Source: Myxococcota bacterium
Lineage (GTDB): Bacteria > Myxococcota_A > UBA796 > SXON01
Direction: 5' to 3'
Assembly (NCBI GenBank): GCA_040386535.1
Contig: JAZKFH010000015.1
Span: 220,800-284,799 of the forward strand
DNA length: 64,000 nt
This document shows positions 36,616-46,265 of this stretch, piece after piece. The notes under the pieces were generated by a model. It was not told the DNA's origin and ran no database searches. It saw only the letters and a program-made list of their open reading frames with translations. Positions within the stretch are counted from its first letter, which is position 1; every line of letters starts with the position of its first letter. Both the position numbers and the translations under genes were made by a program.

Positions 36616-38571
36616 GTGATGAGTCTCCGTCCCTGCCTGCAGGCCCCCGCCTTGCTCCTCCTCCTCGGCCTCGGGGCGTGTTCCTGGGTGGGAGACGCCG
36701 ACTTCGAAGCCCGCCAGAAGGAGGTCGACGACGATGCTGACGGGGTGCCCGCCGCGTCCGACTGCGACGATCTCGATCCCACCATCTCTCCCGCGCTGCC
36801 GGAGATCTGGTACGACGGCATCGATCAGCGCTGCGACGGGGGCGACGACTACGACCAGGATCTTGACGGCTACGTGGCGAACGCGGATGTCGGCAAGGCG
36901 ACCGAGGGCGTGGCGGGAACCGGCGCCTTGCCCGGCAACGACTGTGACGACACCGCGCCCCGGGTGAGCCCGCAGCAGCCCGACACCTGGTACGACGGGC
37001 AGGACCAGGATTGTGACGGCGCGGACGACTACGATCAGGACGGGGACGGGTTCGTGGACGACGCCTACGTCGGCCTCGCGACCACCTACGCCACCGGCAC
37101 CGGGTCGCTGCCCGGCGGGGACTGCGACGATCTGCTGCCCGTCATCTCGCCCGACGCCGTGGACGAGTGGTACGACGGCATCGACGCCGACTGCGGCGGC
37201 GAGGACGACTGGGATCAGGACGGGGACGGCTTCGTCCCGCTGGATCGGTACGCCGAGTACCAGCCCACCACCTACGCGACCGGCACCGGCAACCTCCCCA
37301 ACGGCGACTGTGACGACCTCGACGCCGGCATCAACCCGACCGCCGTGGACGAGTGGTACGACGCCGAGGACTCCGACTGTCGCGGAGACGACGACTTCGA
37401 CCAGGACCTGGACGGCTTCTCGGATCCACGCGGCGGCGGAGCCGACTGTGATGACGGCGACCCGGAGATCTACCCCGGCGGCCTGGAGACCCTCGGGGAC
37501 GGCGATGATGCCGATTGTGACGGCGGGATCGACACCTTCTCGCTCGACGCGGTCGCGGGCTTCACCTGGGTCGGCCCGCATACGCCCGTGTTCGACGAGT
37601 CGACCGACCGGGTGTACCTGTCCATCGCGGCGCGCGAGATCGACACCGGCTCCTCGCACTACCACGACAGCGCCGTGGCCCTGTTGTGGGAGAGCGCGGA
37701 CCCGGGCGACGGGCGGGACGGCGTGGCCGCGTGGAGCGCGAGCACGACCGACTCCTCCGAGTACTCGATCGGCGCGGGGCAGGGGTTCATCGCGCGGGAC
37801 GACTACCTGTACGGCGTCATCGGCCTCGACTACGTCGACAGCCGCGCGTTGCGCCTGGTCCGCTACGACCTGACGACCGGCTCCCGGTTCGCCGCCAACG
37901 CGAACGGCGCCGACGGCCTCGCCGCGTACGACGACATCTCGATCGCCCTCGACGCGGACGGCGCCCTCCACGCCGTGGCGTGTGACGACGACACCGAGGT
38001 GCTCCAGTACGTGCGCGTCCCGTCCACCTTCTCGGGGGGCTTCTCGGCGGACGTGGAGACGCCGGGCGTCGGCGCCGCGGACTGCGCCATCGACCTGCAC
38101 GACCCCGCCGCCGGGCACATCTTCACCTCGGAGCGCGGCGGCGTGTGGGACTACACGTTCGACCTCGCCTCCGAGGATCCCGTGTTCACGGGCGCCGAGT
38201 ACACGACGGCGTACGCGCCGCTCGACCTCGACATCCCGGTCGACTGGGCCGAGCGCGTGCTCGTCATCGCGGACGCCACGACGGACAGCGTCGTGCTGCT
38301 CGATGCGCTCGGCGCGGAGACGATCGTGGCGGGATCGGTGCCGCTCGAGGTCGATGTCTTCGAGGACACCGGCGGGGACCTCTACGTGGCCTACGTCACC
38401 GCGGGCGGCGAGGCCCACATGGCGTGGGGCTCGGCCTCCGCGGGCTACACCCAGATCGACCTCGCCGCGCCCTTCGCCGTCACCGACGTCTCGGTGTGGG
38501 TGAGCAACGGGTACGTCATGTACGCGGCGGTCGGCGCGGACGATGTCGCGGTGGGGCTCGCCCGCTTCTGA
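36616..38571 (+). CDS. Lipoprotein with five MopE-like putative metal-binding repeats and a beta-rich C-terminal domain
   Basis: Lipobox LGAC. Five 'DxDxDG...DCDD....P...E.WYDGIDxxCDGxDD'-type units. Confidence 0.82.
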   Translation: MMSLRPCLQAPALLLLLGLGACSWVGDADFEARQKEVDDDADGVPAASDCDDLDPTISPALPEIWYDGIDQRCDGGDDYDQDLDGYVANADVGKATEGVAGTGALPGNDCDDTAPRVSPQQPDTWYDGQDQDCDGADDYDQDGDGFVDDAYVGLATTYATGTGSLPGGDCDDLLPVISPDAVDEWYDGIDADCGGEDDWDQDGDGFVPLDRYAEYQPTTYATGTGNLPNGDCDDLDAGINPTAVDEWYDAEDSDCRGDDDFDQDLDGFSDPRGGGADCDDGDPEIYPGGLETLGDGDDADCDGGIDTFSLDAVAGFTWVGPHTPVFDESTDRVYLSIAAREIDTGSSHYHDSAVALLWESADPGDGRDGVAAWSASTTDSSEYSIGAGQGFIARDDYLYGVIGLDYVDSRALRLVRYDLTTGSRFAANANGADGLAAYDDISIALDADGALHAVACDDDTEVLQYVRVPSTFSGGFSADVETPGVGAADCAIDLHDPAAGHIFTSERGGVWDYTFDLASEDPVFTGAEYTTAYAPLDLDIPVDWAERVLVIADATTDSVVLLDALGAETIVAGSVPLEVDVFEDTGGDLYVAYVTAGGEAHMAWGSASAGYTQIDLAAPFAVTDVSVWVSNGYVMYAAVGADDVAVGLARF

Positions 38572-38586
38572 GCGCGCCGCCCGGCG

Positions 38587-41115
38587 TCAGTCCGGAACGG
38601 CCGTGACGGCGGGCCCGCTGTCGTCCCCGAGGATGTACAGGTCGCGCTGGGTACGCAGGCCCGCGCGGTCCTCGGCGACGATCACGTAGCGGTTCGTCCC
38701 GGCCACGACCGGCAGGACGAGGTCGAGATCGGCGCGGCGCCCGGTGGCGGCCCGCCACGCGATCTTCTCGCGGTCGTGGTCGACCGTGGGCGTCGCGCGC
38801 TGGCGGTTCATCGTCTCCGGGCCGGCGTAGACGACCACGTGGTCGAGCCCGCGGTCGTCGCTCGCGCGGACGCGGAGGTGGGTGGACCCCACCGGGAGCA
38901 CGGTCGGCGGATCGGCGACGATCAGGGTCGGGGCCTCCAGGCGCAGGGCCCCGCCGTTGCGGGGGAGCGCGAGCTCCCAGGTCGCGAGGCGTTGCCGCTC
39001 GCCGCTCACCGTGACGTCGAGCGGGAGGGTGTCGCCGTCCCATGACGGATCGAGCCGGAGGCGCAGCTCGAGGCGCGCGGTGCCCCGGGCGGCGGCGGAC
39101 ACCGACTCGCTCACCGCGTCGACGAGCTCGATGCCATCGACGTTCGGGAAGGCGACCCTCGCTTCGAGCGCGGGGAGGAGCCGGTCGGTGCGGTTCTCCA
39201 CGTCGAGCGCGATGCGCAGCTCGTTCGGCGTGCCGCTCGGGAGGGCCCGCGCGGTGACGGCGAGGGCGGGGAGGGGCGCGCCCGCGATGGTGATCTCATG
39301 GGGGAGGAGCGTGCGCGACGAGATGCCGTCCGCCTCGAGCAGCACCCCCACGCGGTCCGTGCGGGTGGCGTGGCCCCGATCGAGCGACACGGTGACGGTG
39401 CCGGTGCGGGACGCGCCGCGCTCCAGCCGGCCGAGGGGCAGCACGAGGTCATCCCAGGTCGGGTTGACCGACTCGAGGCGCACGGCCGCGCGGTACAACG
39501 TGGGCCCGCGGTTGGTGACGGTCGCGACGAGCTGTGTCGTCTGCCCGGCCGCGGGTTGGGTGGAGGCGCTCCAGCGCACCTCGACCACGGGCTCACCATC
39601 CGGCGGCGCGGGGGCCGCCCGCCAGTCGATCCCTCGCTCCTGGAACGCGGCGGCGACCTTGGCACCCTCGGCGGCCGCGAGGCTCGGTTCGAGCGTGCGG
39701 GCCGCGGCGAGCAGGTCCTGGCGCGTGTTTCCGGAGGCGGCTGCCACCACGGCGGCGGCGACCTCGAGGGCGCTGTCGTCCCCCGAGGTGTGGCGGAGGA
39801 TGGGCGTGCCGGGCCGGAGGCGCCGCCGCTCGCGGACGGGGGAGGGGTACCACGCGCCCCCCTCGTCGAACCGCACGGCTTCGAGCGCGATGTCCGGGAC
39901 GAGGCCGATGTCGGCGACGCGGGTGCCGCCGTCGAGCAGGTACTCGGCGACCGTGAGCTTCAGCTTGATCTCGGGATCGACCTGGTAGACCTTCTGGACG
40001 GTGCCCTTGCCGAACGAGGTCGCGCCGACGAGCACCGCGCGGTCGAGCTTCGCGAGCGCCCCGGCGAGGATCTCCGACCCGGACGCGGTCGAGTGGTCCA
40101 TGAGGACCGCGATGGGCATCGTGTAGCCGGGGCTCTCGGGGTGGGCTTCGAGCCGCGGCACCAGCCCGCGCACCGGCGCCCCGCCCCTGCCCACCGTGCT
40201 CACGATGAGCCCCGCTTGCAGGAACGTGTCAGCGGCCTGGGCCGACTGGAGCAGCGAGCCGCCGGTGTTGCCGCGCAGGTCGATGATGAGCCCCTGCTCG
40301 AGCCCGCCGGTCGCCGCGAGCTCCGCGAGGGCCTCCGCGAGGTAGGTCCGGGTCTGCTCGGAGAAGTGCCCGATGGTGACGACGCCGATGCCGCGCGGGC
40401 CGCGGGAGGCCTCGACGTTGCGGATCGTCAGCTCCTCTCGCCGCAGGCCGAGCGCGACGCGGGTGGCGCCGCGGAGCACGCCGAGCGTCACGGTGGTGCC
40501 GACGGGGCCGCGGATCCTGTCCGTCGCATCCGCGGGGATCATGCCGACGGTGGAGACCCCGTCGATCGTGAGCAGCCGGTCGTTCGCTTGCAGCCCACCG
40601 CGGGCGGCCGGGCCGCCGGCGACCAGGTCCCGCACGAACAGACCGTCCTCCCCGAGGCTGATCGTCGCGCCGACGCCGGAGAGGGTGCCCGACAGGCGCT
40701 CGTCGAAGCGCTCCAGGCCGTCCGCGTGGAGCACCACGGAGTGCCGATCGAGCGACTTGACCGCGCCTCGCAGGATCTCCACGCGCAGGTCGATCTCCGG
40801 GTCGAGGGGGAGGCCCGCGCTCCGAACCGCGTCCTCCAACCTCGCCAATGCCGGGCCGAGCTCCCCGCCGTCGAGGCTGACGGTGGCCTGCCACTCCCCG
40901 TGGCCGTCCCGCAGGGAGACCACGCCCCGGGACGTGTCGGTCAGCAGCCACTCGACCCGGCTCTCCAGATGATCCGCGGCGCCGGCCAGCATCTGGTCGG
41001 GGCTGAGCGTCTCCGGGCGGAGGTAGTGGTCATCGATGAGCTGCAGCGCCCGATCGTAGAGCGCCAGATCCCCGGCGGACGCGACGGGGGCAAAGAGGGC
41101 GAGGAGCGGCAGCAT
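38587..41115 (-). CDS. S41 family carboxy-terminal processing protease with PDZ and C-terminal Ig-like domains
   Basis: 'SLDRHS', PDZ 'GVGA..GGPAARGGL..DR', 'IDLRGNTGG.L', catalytic 'TASGSEI' and 'SFGKGTVQ'. Real start ATG 41115; the ORF-track extension is antisense to larBC. Confidence 0.9.
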   Translation of the reverse strand: MLPLLALFAPVASAGDLALYDRALQLIDDHYLRPETLSPDQMLAGAADHLESRVEWLLTDTSRGVVSLRDGHGEWQATVSLDGGELGPALARLEDAVRSAGLPLDPEIDLRVEILRGAVKSLDRHSVVLHADGLERFDERLSGTLSGVGATISLGEDGLFVRDLVAGGPAARGGLQANDRLLTIDGVSTVGMIPADATDRIRGPVGTTVTLGVLRGATRVALGLRREELTIRNVEASRGPRGIGVVTIGHFSEQTRTYLAEALAELAATGGLEQGLIIDLRGNTGGSLLQSAQAADTFLQAGLIVSTVGRGGAPVRGLVPRLEAHPESPGYTMPIAVLMDHSTASGSEILAGALAKLDRAVLVGATSFGKGTVQKVYQVDPEIKLKLTVAEYLLDGGTRVADIGLVPDIALEAVRFDEGGAWYPSPVRERRRLRPGTPILRHTSGDDSALEVAAAVVAAASGNTRQDLLAAARTLEPSLAAAEGAKVAAAFQERGIDWRAAPAPPDGEPVVEVRWSASTQPAAGQTTQLVATVTNRGPTLYRAAVRLESVNPTWDDLVLPLGRLERGASRTGTVTVSLDRGHATRTDRVGVLLEADGISSRTLLPHEITIAGAPLPALAVTARALPSGTPNELRIALDVENRTDRLLPALEARVAFPNVDGIELVDAVSESVSAAARGTARLELRLRLDPSWDGDTLPLDVTVSGERQRLATWELALPRNGGALRLEAPTLIVADPPTVLPVGSTHLRVRASDDRGLDHVVVYAGPETMNRQRATPTVDHDREKIAWRAATGRRADLDLVLPVVAGTNRYVIVAEDRAGLRTQRDLYILGDDSGPAVTAVPD

Positions 41116-41154
41116 CACGCGACACACAGGGTATATGACGCCGAGGGGATTGCC

Positions 41155-41916
41155 GTGGACCGCGTGGCTGTACTGGAACTTTTGGACGCCGTTCGGGACG
41201 GGCGTACCGATGTGGAGGTCGCGATCGAGCGCCTCTCCGTCCCGGCCGTCACGCTCGCCTACGCCACGGTGGACGTGCATCGGGCGCTCCGCACCGGGGT
41301 GCCCGAGGTCATCTACGGGGCCGGCAAGACCGCGGCCCAGATCGCCGGCATCCTCCAGGCGCTGCACGAGCGCGGGCAGGACGGCCTCGTGACCCGCATC
41401 GAGGCCGACAAGGCCGCGTCCGTCATCGCGACCTTCCCCGACGTGGCCTTCGCGTGGTCGGCCGACGCGCGGGTCCTCGTCTCGCGTCTGGGGCCGGAGC
41501 CCGAGCTCGTGGGCCGCATCGCCGTCGTGAGCGCCGGCACGAGCGACTTTCCGGTCGGCGAGGAGGCCGCGGTCGTCGCGGAGGCCCTCGGAAACCACGT
41601 CGTGCGCATCGCGGACGTGGGGGTGGCCGGGGTCCACCGGGTGCTCGCCCAGGTCGACCTGCTGCGCGGCATGCGCGTCATCATCGTGGTCGCGGGGATG
41701 GACGGCGCGCTGCCGGGCCTCGTGGCGGGCCTCGTGCGCGTGCCGGTGATCGCGGTGCCGACGAGCGTCGGCTACGGCGCCAGCTTCGGCGGCATCGCCG
41801 CGCTGCTCACGATGCTCAACGCGTGCTCCCCCGGCGTCACGGTCGTCAACATCGACAACGGCTTCGGCGCCGCCTACCAGGCCTCGCTCATCAACCAGCT
41901 CGAGCGGTTGCGCTAG
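41155..41916 (+). CDS. larB: Nickel-pincer cofactor biosynthesis protein LarB
   Basis: 'HR..RTG.PEVIYG.GKT', 'AGTSD.PV.EEA', 'DVGVAG.HR', 'VAGMDGALP', 'PVIAVPTSVGYG', 'MLN.C..GVTVVNIDNGFGA'. Confidence 0.95.
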   Translation: MDRVAVLELLDAVRDGRTDVEVAIERLSVPAVTLAYATVDVHRALRTGVPEVIYGAGKTAAQIAGILQALHERGQDGLVTRIEADKAASVIATFPDVAFAWSADARVLVSRLGPEPELVGRIAVVSAGTSDFPVGEEAAVVAEALGNHVVRIADVGVAGVHRVLAQVDLLRGMRVIIVVAGMDGALPGLVAGLVRVPVIAVPTSVGYGASFGGIAALLTMLNACSPGVTVVNIDNGFGAAYQASLINQLERLR

Positions 41917-43254
41917 GTGGGGCGCGTCCTCTTCCTCGACTGCTTCGCGGGCATCGCCGGCGACATGACGGTCGCCGCCCTGCTCCACGCCGGCGCCCCG
42001 CTGGAGGACGTGCTCGCCCAGGTGCGCGCGCTCCCCGTGTGGGGCTGGGACGCGCGGATCGAGAAGGTGCACCGCGGCGCCTACGCGGCCACGCGGTTCG
42101 TGGTGGAGCCGACCGGCGCGCCGGAGGAGTCGGGGTCGGGAGACGGGCACGATCACGGGCATTCCCACGACCATGGTCACGGGCACGCTCACGGATCCGA
42201 TCACGATCACGCGCCCACGGGTGACGGAGACGGCGGAGCGGCCCCCGATCCCTGGGTGGGCCAGCCCCCGCGCACGTGGCGGACGATCCGCCGCATGCTC
42301 GAGCAGGCGCGGCTCCGGCCCCGGGTGCGTGCACGTTCGCTCGCGACGTTCGCCGTGCTCGCCGAGGCCGAGGCCCGCGTGCACGGCACCGCCGTGGACG
42401 ATGTCGCCTTCCACGAGGTGGGCGCGGTCGACTCGATCGTGGACATCGTCGCCGCGTGCGCCGCGATGGAGTGCCTCGACGTCGACACGATCGTCGCCTC
42501 GCCGCTGCCGATGGGGCACGGGCGCGTCCGCACGGCGCACGGGCTCCTGCCGGTGCCGGTGCCCGCTACGGTCGAGGTGTTGCGCGGCTTCCCGGTGGTG
42601 CCGTTCCCGTACGCGGGCGAGCTCGTCACGCCCACCGGCGCGGCCCTCGTGGCGGCGCTCGCGACCCCCGGCCACATGCCGGCGATGCGGGTGGAGCTCG
42701 TCGGCTACGGCGCCGGCACGCGGGATCCCGCCACCCACGCCAACGTCGTCCGGGCCGTCCTCGGCACGGGGGACGCGGGCGCCGAGGCCGAGATCGTCGA
42801 GCTGCGCGCACAGGTGGACGACCTGACCGGCGAGTCCGTGCCGGGCCTGATCGAGGCCCTGTTCGCCGCCGGCGCGGTCGACGCGTACGTGGCGCCGGTG
42901 ACGATGAAGAAGGGGCGCCCGGGCCTCGCCGTGACGGCCCTCGCGTCCGTCGGAGACCGCTTCGCCGTGGGCGAGGCGCTGATCCGCTACGCCGGCACGC
43001 TCGGCTACCGGTGGTCGGTGCACCCGCGCGAGGTCGCCGCCCGGCGCCTCGTGTCGGTGGACACGCCCTGGGGGCCGGTCCGCGTGAAGGTCGCCGAGCG
43101 GGACGGGCGCGTGGTGCACGCCGCCCCTGAGCACGAGGACTGCGCTCGCCTCGCGCTGGCCGAGGGGATCCCCGTCGCGGCGGTGCGCGGCGCCGCGTTG
43201 GCGGCCTGGGCCTCTTCCGACGCGGGCGCGTCGGGCTCCGATCGGGTGGGTTAG
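41917..43254 (+). CDS. larC: Nickel-insertion protein LarC
   Basis: 'DCFAGIAGDM', His-rich insert, 'AEA.VHG....V.FHEVGAVDSIVDI', 'AHG.LPVPVPAT', 'ELVTPTGAA', 'MKKGRPG', 'PEHED'. Confidence 0.95.
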   Translation: MGRVLFLDCFAGIAGDMTVAALLHAGAPLEDVLAQVRALPVWGWDARIEKVHRGAYAATRFVVEPTGAPEESGSGDGHDHGHSHDHGHGHAHGSDHDHAPTGDGDGGAAPDPWVGQPPRTWRTIRRMLEQARLRPRVRARSLATFAVLAEAEARVHGTAVDDVAFHEVGAVDSIVDIVAACAAMECLDVDTIVASPLPMGHGRVRTAHGLLPVPVPATVEVLRGFPVVPFPYAGELVTPTGAALVAALATPGHMPAMRVELVGYGAGTRDPATHANVVRAVLGTGDAGAEAEIVELRAQVDDLTGESVPGLIEALFAAGAVDAYVAPVTMKKGRPGLAVTALASVGDRFAVGEALIRYAGTLGYRWSVHPREVAARRLVSVDTPWGPVRVKVAERDGRVVHAAPEHEDCARLALAEGIPVAAVRGAALAAWASSDAGASGSDRVG

Positions 43255-43262
43255 TCGACCTC

Positions 43263-43946
43263 ATGCCGTTGCCTGGCACCGATCTGCTCGAGAGACTCGT
43301 CGCGATCATCCCGTCCCCGGCGATCGTGGCGGATCTGCAGGGCCGCATCCTCCTGTTCAACCCCGCGGCGGAGAGCGTGCTCGGCTACGGCGCGAACGAG
43401 GCGCACGGCCATCTGCACGTGACCGACCTGTACCACCACCCCGAGGATGCGCGGCGGGTGGCGCGGCGTCTGCGGGGGAGGGAGGCCGAGGCCGGCACGG
43501 CCGCGCAGGAGCGCTTCGACGTGACCTTGCGCGCGCGCAACCTCGAGCTCATCCCCGTGCGGCTCACCGCCTCGCTCCTCCACACGCCCGACGGCGCCGT
43601 GTTCGCCTCGGTCGGCGTGTTCGAGGATCGTCGGGAGTACATCGCGCTCGGAAAGCGCCTGGAGGACGCCGCGATGCAGGTCGAGGCCGTCGAGCGGCGC
43701 TCCGCCGGGGTCGCCGCGCTCTCCGCGGCCGTGCACGAGATGGCGCAGCCGCTCACCGCTGCGATGGGGAACGTGGAGATGTTGTTGCTCGACCCTACGC
43801 TGCCGGACCCCGTCTCCTCTCGCCTGCAGCGCACCTACGACCAGCTCGATCGCTTGCGGGAAATCGTCGGACGTGTCGCCCGGCTGGGCCGGCGGCAGCC
43901 CGGCGGGGACACGCCGATGTCGGGCGGCGGGGAGGGCGGGCGATGA
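43263..43946 (+). CDS. PAS domain + HisKA(DHp)-like protein without an ATPase domain
   Basis: PAS (D..GRILLFNPAAE..LGY) and H-box 'AAVHEMAQPLTAAMGNVEMLL'. The ORF ends soon afterwards. Confidence 0.8.
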   Translation: MPLPGTDLLERLVAIIPSPAIVADLQGRILLFNPAAESVLGYGANEAHGHLHVTDLYHHPEDARRVARRLRGREAEAGTAAQERFDVTLRARNLELIPVRLTASLLHTPDGAVFASVGVFEDRREYIALGKRLEDAAMQVEAVERRSAGVAALSAAVHEMAQPLTAAMGNVEMLLLDPTLPDPVSSRLQRTYDQLDRLREIVGRVARLGRRQPGGDTPMSGGGEGGR

Positions 43947-44743
43947 CGCACGGCCCGCTGCGCGTGGTCGCCACGCTCGCCCTCGATGACCGCGACGACG
44001 CCGTGCTCGGCGCGGTCTCCGCCCTCGCGGCCCGCCGCGCGTGTGACGTGACGCTGCTCCACGTGCTCGCGCGCGACCGGACGGACACCCCGCCCGCCGT
44101 CGACGCCTGCGCCGCCCGGCTCGGGGTGCCCGCCGCCGTGCGCGTCGTGCGCGGCGCGGTCGACGAGGCCGCCGCCACCGTGCTCGCCGAGCTCGACGCC
44201 GACCTGCTCGTGGTGGGCCGGAGCGCCGCCGAGGAGGGGGCCTCCGCGTGGGGCCCGCACGGGCGCGCCTTGTTGCGCGCCGCCGGATGTCCCGTGCTCA
44301 TCGTGCCCGTGGGCGCGTCGCTCGGTTTCGGGCGGGTCGCCGTCGGCATGGACCTGTCCGCCTCCGCGCTCGACACCCTCGCGTTCGTCGGAGGCCTGTT
44401 CGACAGCGTGGTCTGCGTGGTCGCGCTCGATCCCGAGGGGGACGAACGCGACGCGGCAGCGCTCGAGGCGAACGTGCGCGCGGCTGTCACGGCGCGGGAC
44501 CTCCCGATGCCGGCGATCGTCGCGCGTGCCGGCGCGGCCCCCGCGGACGTGCTCCTCGCGGTGGCCTCCGAGCCCCCGGAGGTCGCGCTCATCGCGGTCG
44601 GCACGCGGGGCTTGAGCCCCCTCGCCGTCGCCTTTCTCGGGAGCACGGCCGAGCGCCTCGCGGGCCGGAGCGCGCGCCCGGTGCTGGTCGTTCGCCGGCG
44701 CGGGGAATCGAGGGGCCTCCTCGGCGCGTTGTTCGGCACATGA
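43943..44743 (+). CDS. Universal stress protein (tandem USP)
   Basis: 'TLLHV', 'ADLLVVG', 'CPVLIVP', 'LIAVGTRG......LGSTAERL....RPVLVV'. Confidence 0.88.
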   Translation: MTHGPLRVVATLALDDRDDAVLGAVSALAARRACDVTLLHVLARDRTDTPPAVDACAARLGVPAAVRVVRGAVDEAAATVLAELDADLLVVGRSAAEEGASAWGPHGRALLRAAGCPVLIVPVGASLGFGRVAVGMDLSASALDTLAFVGGLFDSVVCVVALDPEGDERDAAALEANVRAAVTARDLPMPAIVARAGAAPADVLLAVASEPPEVALIAVGTRGLSPLAVAFLGSTAERLAGRSARPVLVVRRRGESRGLLGALFGT

Positions 44744-45684
44744 TGCTCCTCCTCCTCCTCGCGGGCCCCGCCCTCGCCATCCAGGTCGAGGCCCGCGAGG
44801 GCCCGTGCCCCGTCGGCGTCGGCACCGTTACCGTCTACACGAAGGTGGCCGCGAACGCGTCCGGCGGGTTCGACTCCGACCTCGCGTCGTATTCGAGCGG
44901 CGAACAGTGGCGCGCCTACCACCTCGCCACCTGCTCCGACAACCTCTTGTCCCTCTACGGCTCCGACCTGCTCGCCCTCGTGCCGGCCGACCGCGACCGC
45001 GTGAAGGCGGCGCTCCCCGAGGCCGTGAAGGGCGTGGTCGACCCCGCCGCGCCCGCGCCCTGGGAGCGGTACCGCGTGGCGGCCGCGCTCTACGCGGCGC
45101 TCGGCAAGGACCGCCGGTTCCTGGGGGACCTCCTCCTCGACGCCAGCTGGACCGCGCGGGACCAGGCCGTCGGCTACTACGCGGGGCTGGAGGGCCCGAT
45201 CGCCGCGCGCGCGCTGCTCGACGCGGGGTGGGAGGAGCTCAAGAAGCCGCTCGCCACCGCCGACCGGAAGAAGGTCCTCTACAACCTCGCGCGCATCGCC
45301 CATCGCGGCGGATGGGGCGCCGAGCGCGACGGCCTGCTCGCGAACTTCGAGGCCGCCGGGCCGATGACCGCCGCCGAGCGCGAGGCGGTCACGCGGTTCC
45401 GCCGAATCGCCCACGAGATCGAGCCCGCCTTGCAGGACGAGGTGATCCTCCACTTCACCGCCGCACTGCGCGGGGAGCTGCCGTACGCCGAGAAGGTGCG
45501 CATCACCTACCAGCTGGCCGATCTGTTGCGGCGCCGCGGCCGCGATCGCGAGGCCGCGCCCCTGTACTTCCTGGTGCTCAACGACCGGGACGCGCCCGAG
45601 CAGCTCCGCACCATGGGCGTGTTCCTGGCCGGGCCGCTGCTCGAGAAGCTCGAAGCCACCCCCCGTGCGAAGACGCCGCGCTGA
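44740..45684 (+). CDS. Secreted DUF2225-like protein
   Basis: Signal MMLLLLLAGPALA; 'CPV....T...GGFDSDL..Y.......C'; later 'L.ASW.ARD' and 'YQLADLLRRRG..EA..Y'. Family recognised from memory only. Confidence 0.55.
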   Translation: MMLLLLLAGPALAIQVEAREGPCPVGVGTVTVYTKVAANASGGFDSDLASYSSGEQWRAYHLATCSDNLLSLYGSDLLALVPADRDRVKAALPEAVKGVVDPAAPAPWERYRVAAALYAALGKDRRFLGDLLLDASWTARDQAVGYYAGLEGPIAARALLDAGWEELKKPLATADRKKVLYNLARIAHRGGWGAERDGLLANFEAAGPMTAAEREAVTRFRRIAHEIEPALQDEVILHFTAALRGELPYAEKVRITYQLADLLRRRGRDREAAPLYFLVLNDRDAPEQLRTMGVFLAGPLLEKLEATPRAKTPR

Positions 45685-45725
45685 TCGGACCGCTGCTGAT
45701 CGGATCCCTGGTGATCGGATCCGTG
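45681..45725. repeat. 3 x 15-bp imperfect tandem repeat
   Basis: CTGATCGGACCGCTG CTGATCGGATCCCTG GTGATCGGATCCGTG. Confidence 0.8.
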
Positions 45726-45761
45726 CTGGACTGAACGGGTGTGCAGGTATAGATCGGGGCC

Positions 45762-46169
45762 ATGGTACGGACCGTTGGGGAAGGGGACGTGGTGCTGCTG
45801 CGCATCCACGCGAAGGATCCGGCGCGCGCCGCGTGCTTCTACGCTGCGCTGTTCGGCTGGATCGTGGGGGACCCCGGCGCGGCGGGCCTCGGCTTCCACA
45901 CGCCCGGAGGGCTCCGCGGCGTGTTCCGGGGCGGCGAGCCCTCTACCGCGGGGCCCGAGATCTTCGTCGGCGTACCCGACCTGACGACCGCGATGCGGCG
46001 GGCCCTGGCGCTCGGCGGGATGGCGCTGGTTCGCCCGGGGCCTGCGCCGGGCGGTGGTCGGGTCGCGATCGTGCTGGATCCCGAGGGGAACCGGATCGGG
46101 CTCTTCGAGGCGCCGGGCGAGCCCACCGGGGCGGGGGAGCCGATCCTGACCCCGCGCGCGGCCGGCTGA
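45762..46169 (+). CDS. VOC (glyoxalase/bleomycin-resistance) family protein
   Basis: 'DPARA..FY..LFGW', 'V.DL......A..LGG', 'DPEGNRIGLFE'. Confidence 0.88.
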   Translation: MVRTVGEGDVVLLRIHAKDPARAACFYAALFGWIVGDPGAAGLGFHTPGGLRGVFRGGEPSTAGPEIFVGVPDLTTAMRRALALGGMALVRPGPAPGGGRVAIVLDPEGNRIGLFEAPGEPTGAGEPILTPRAAG

Positions 46170-46265
46170 GATGCCCTCGCGCGCGGTCGCGACCACGGGG
46201 CGCTTGCCCGGCGGCAGCCGGTGTGTATGTGGTTATGTCTTGCACCCCCCTGCGGAGTTAAAGTC

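Noticed and set aside
15015..45725. Short tandem repeats at 15015-15062 and 45681-45725 as CRISPR arrays
   Set aside because: Units of 12-15 bp, no unique spacers, no cas genes.
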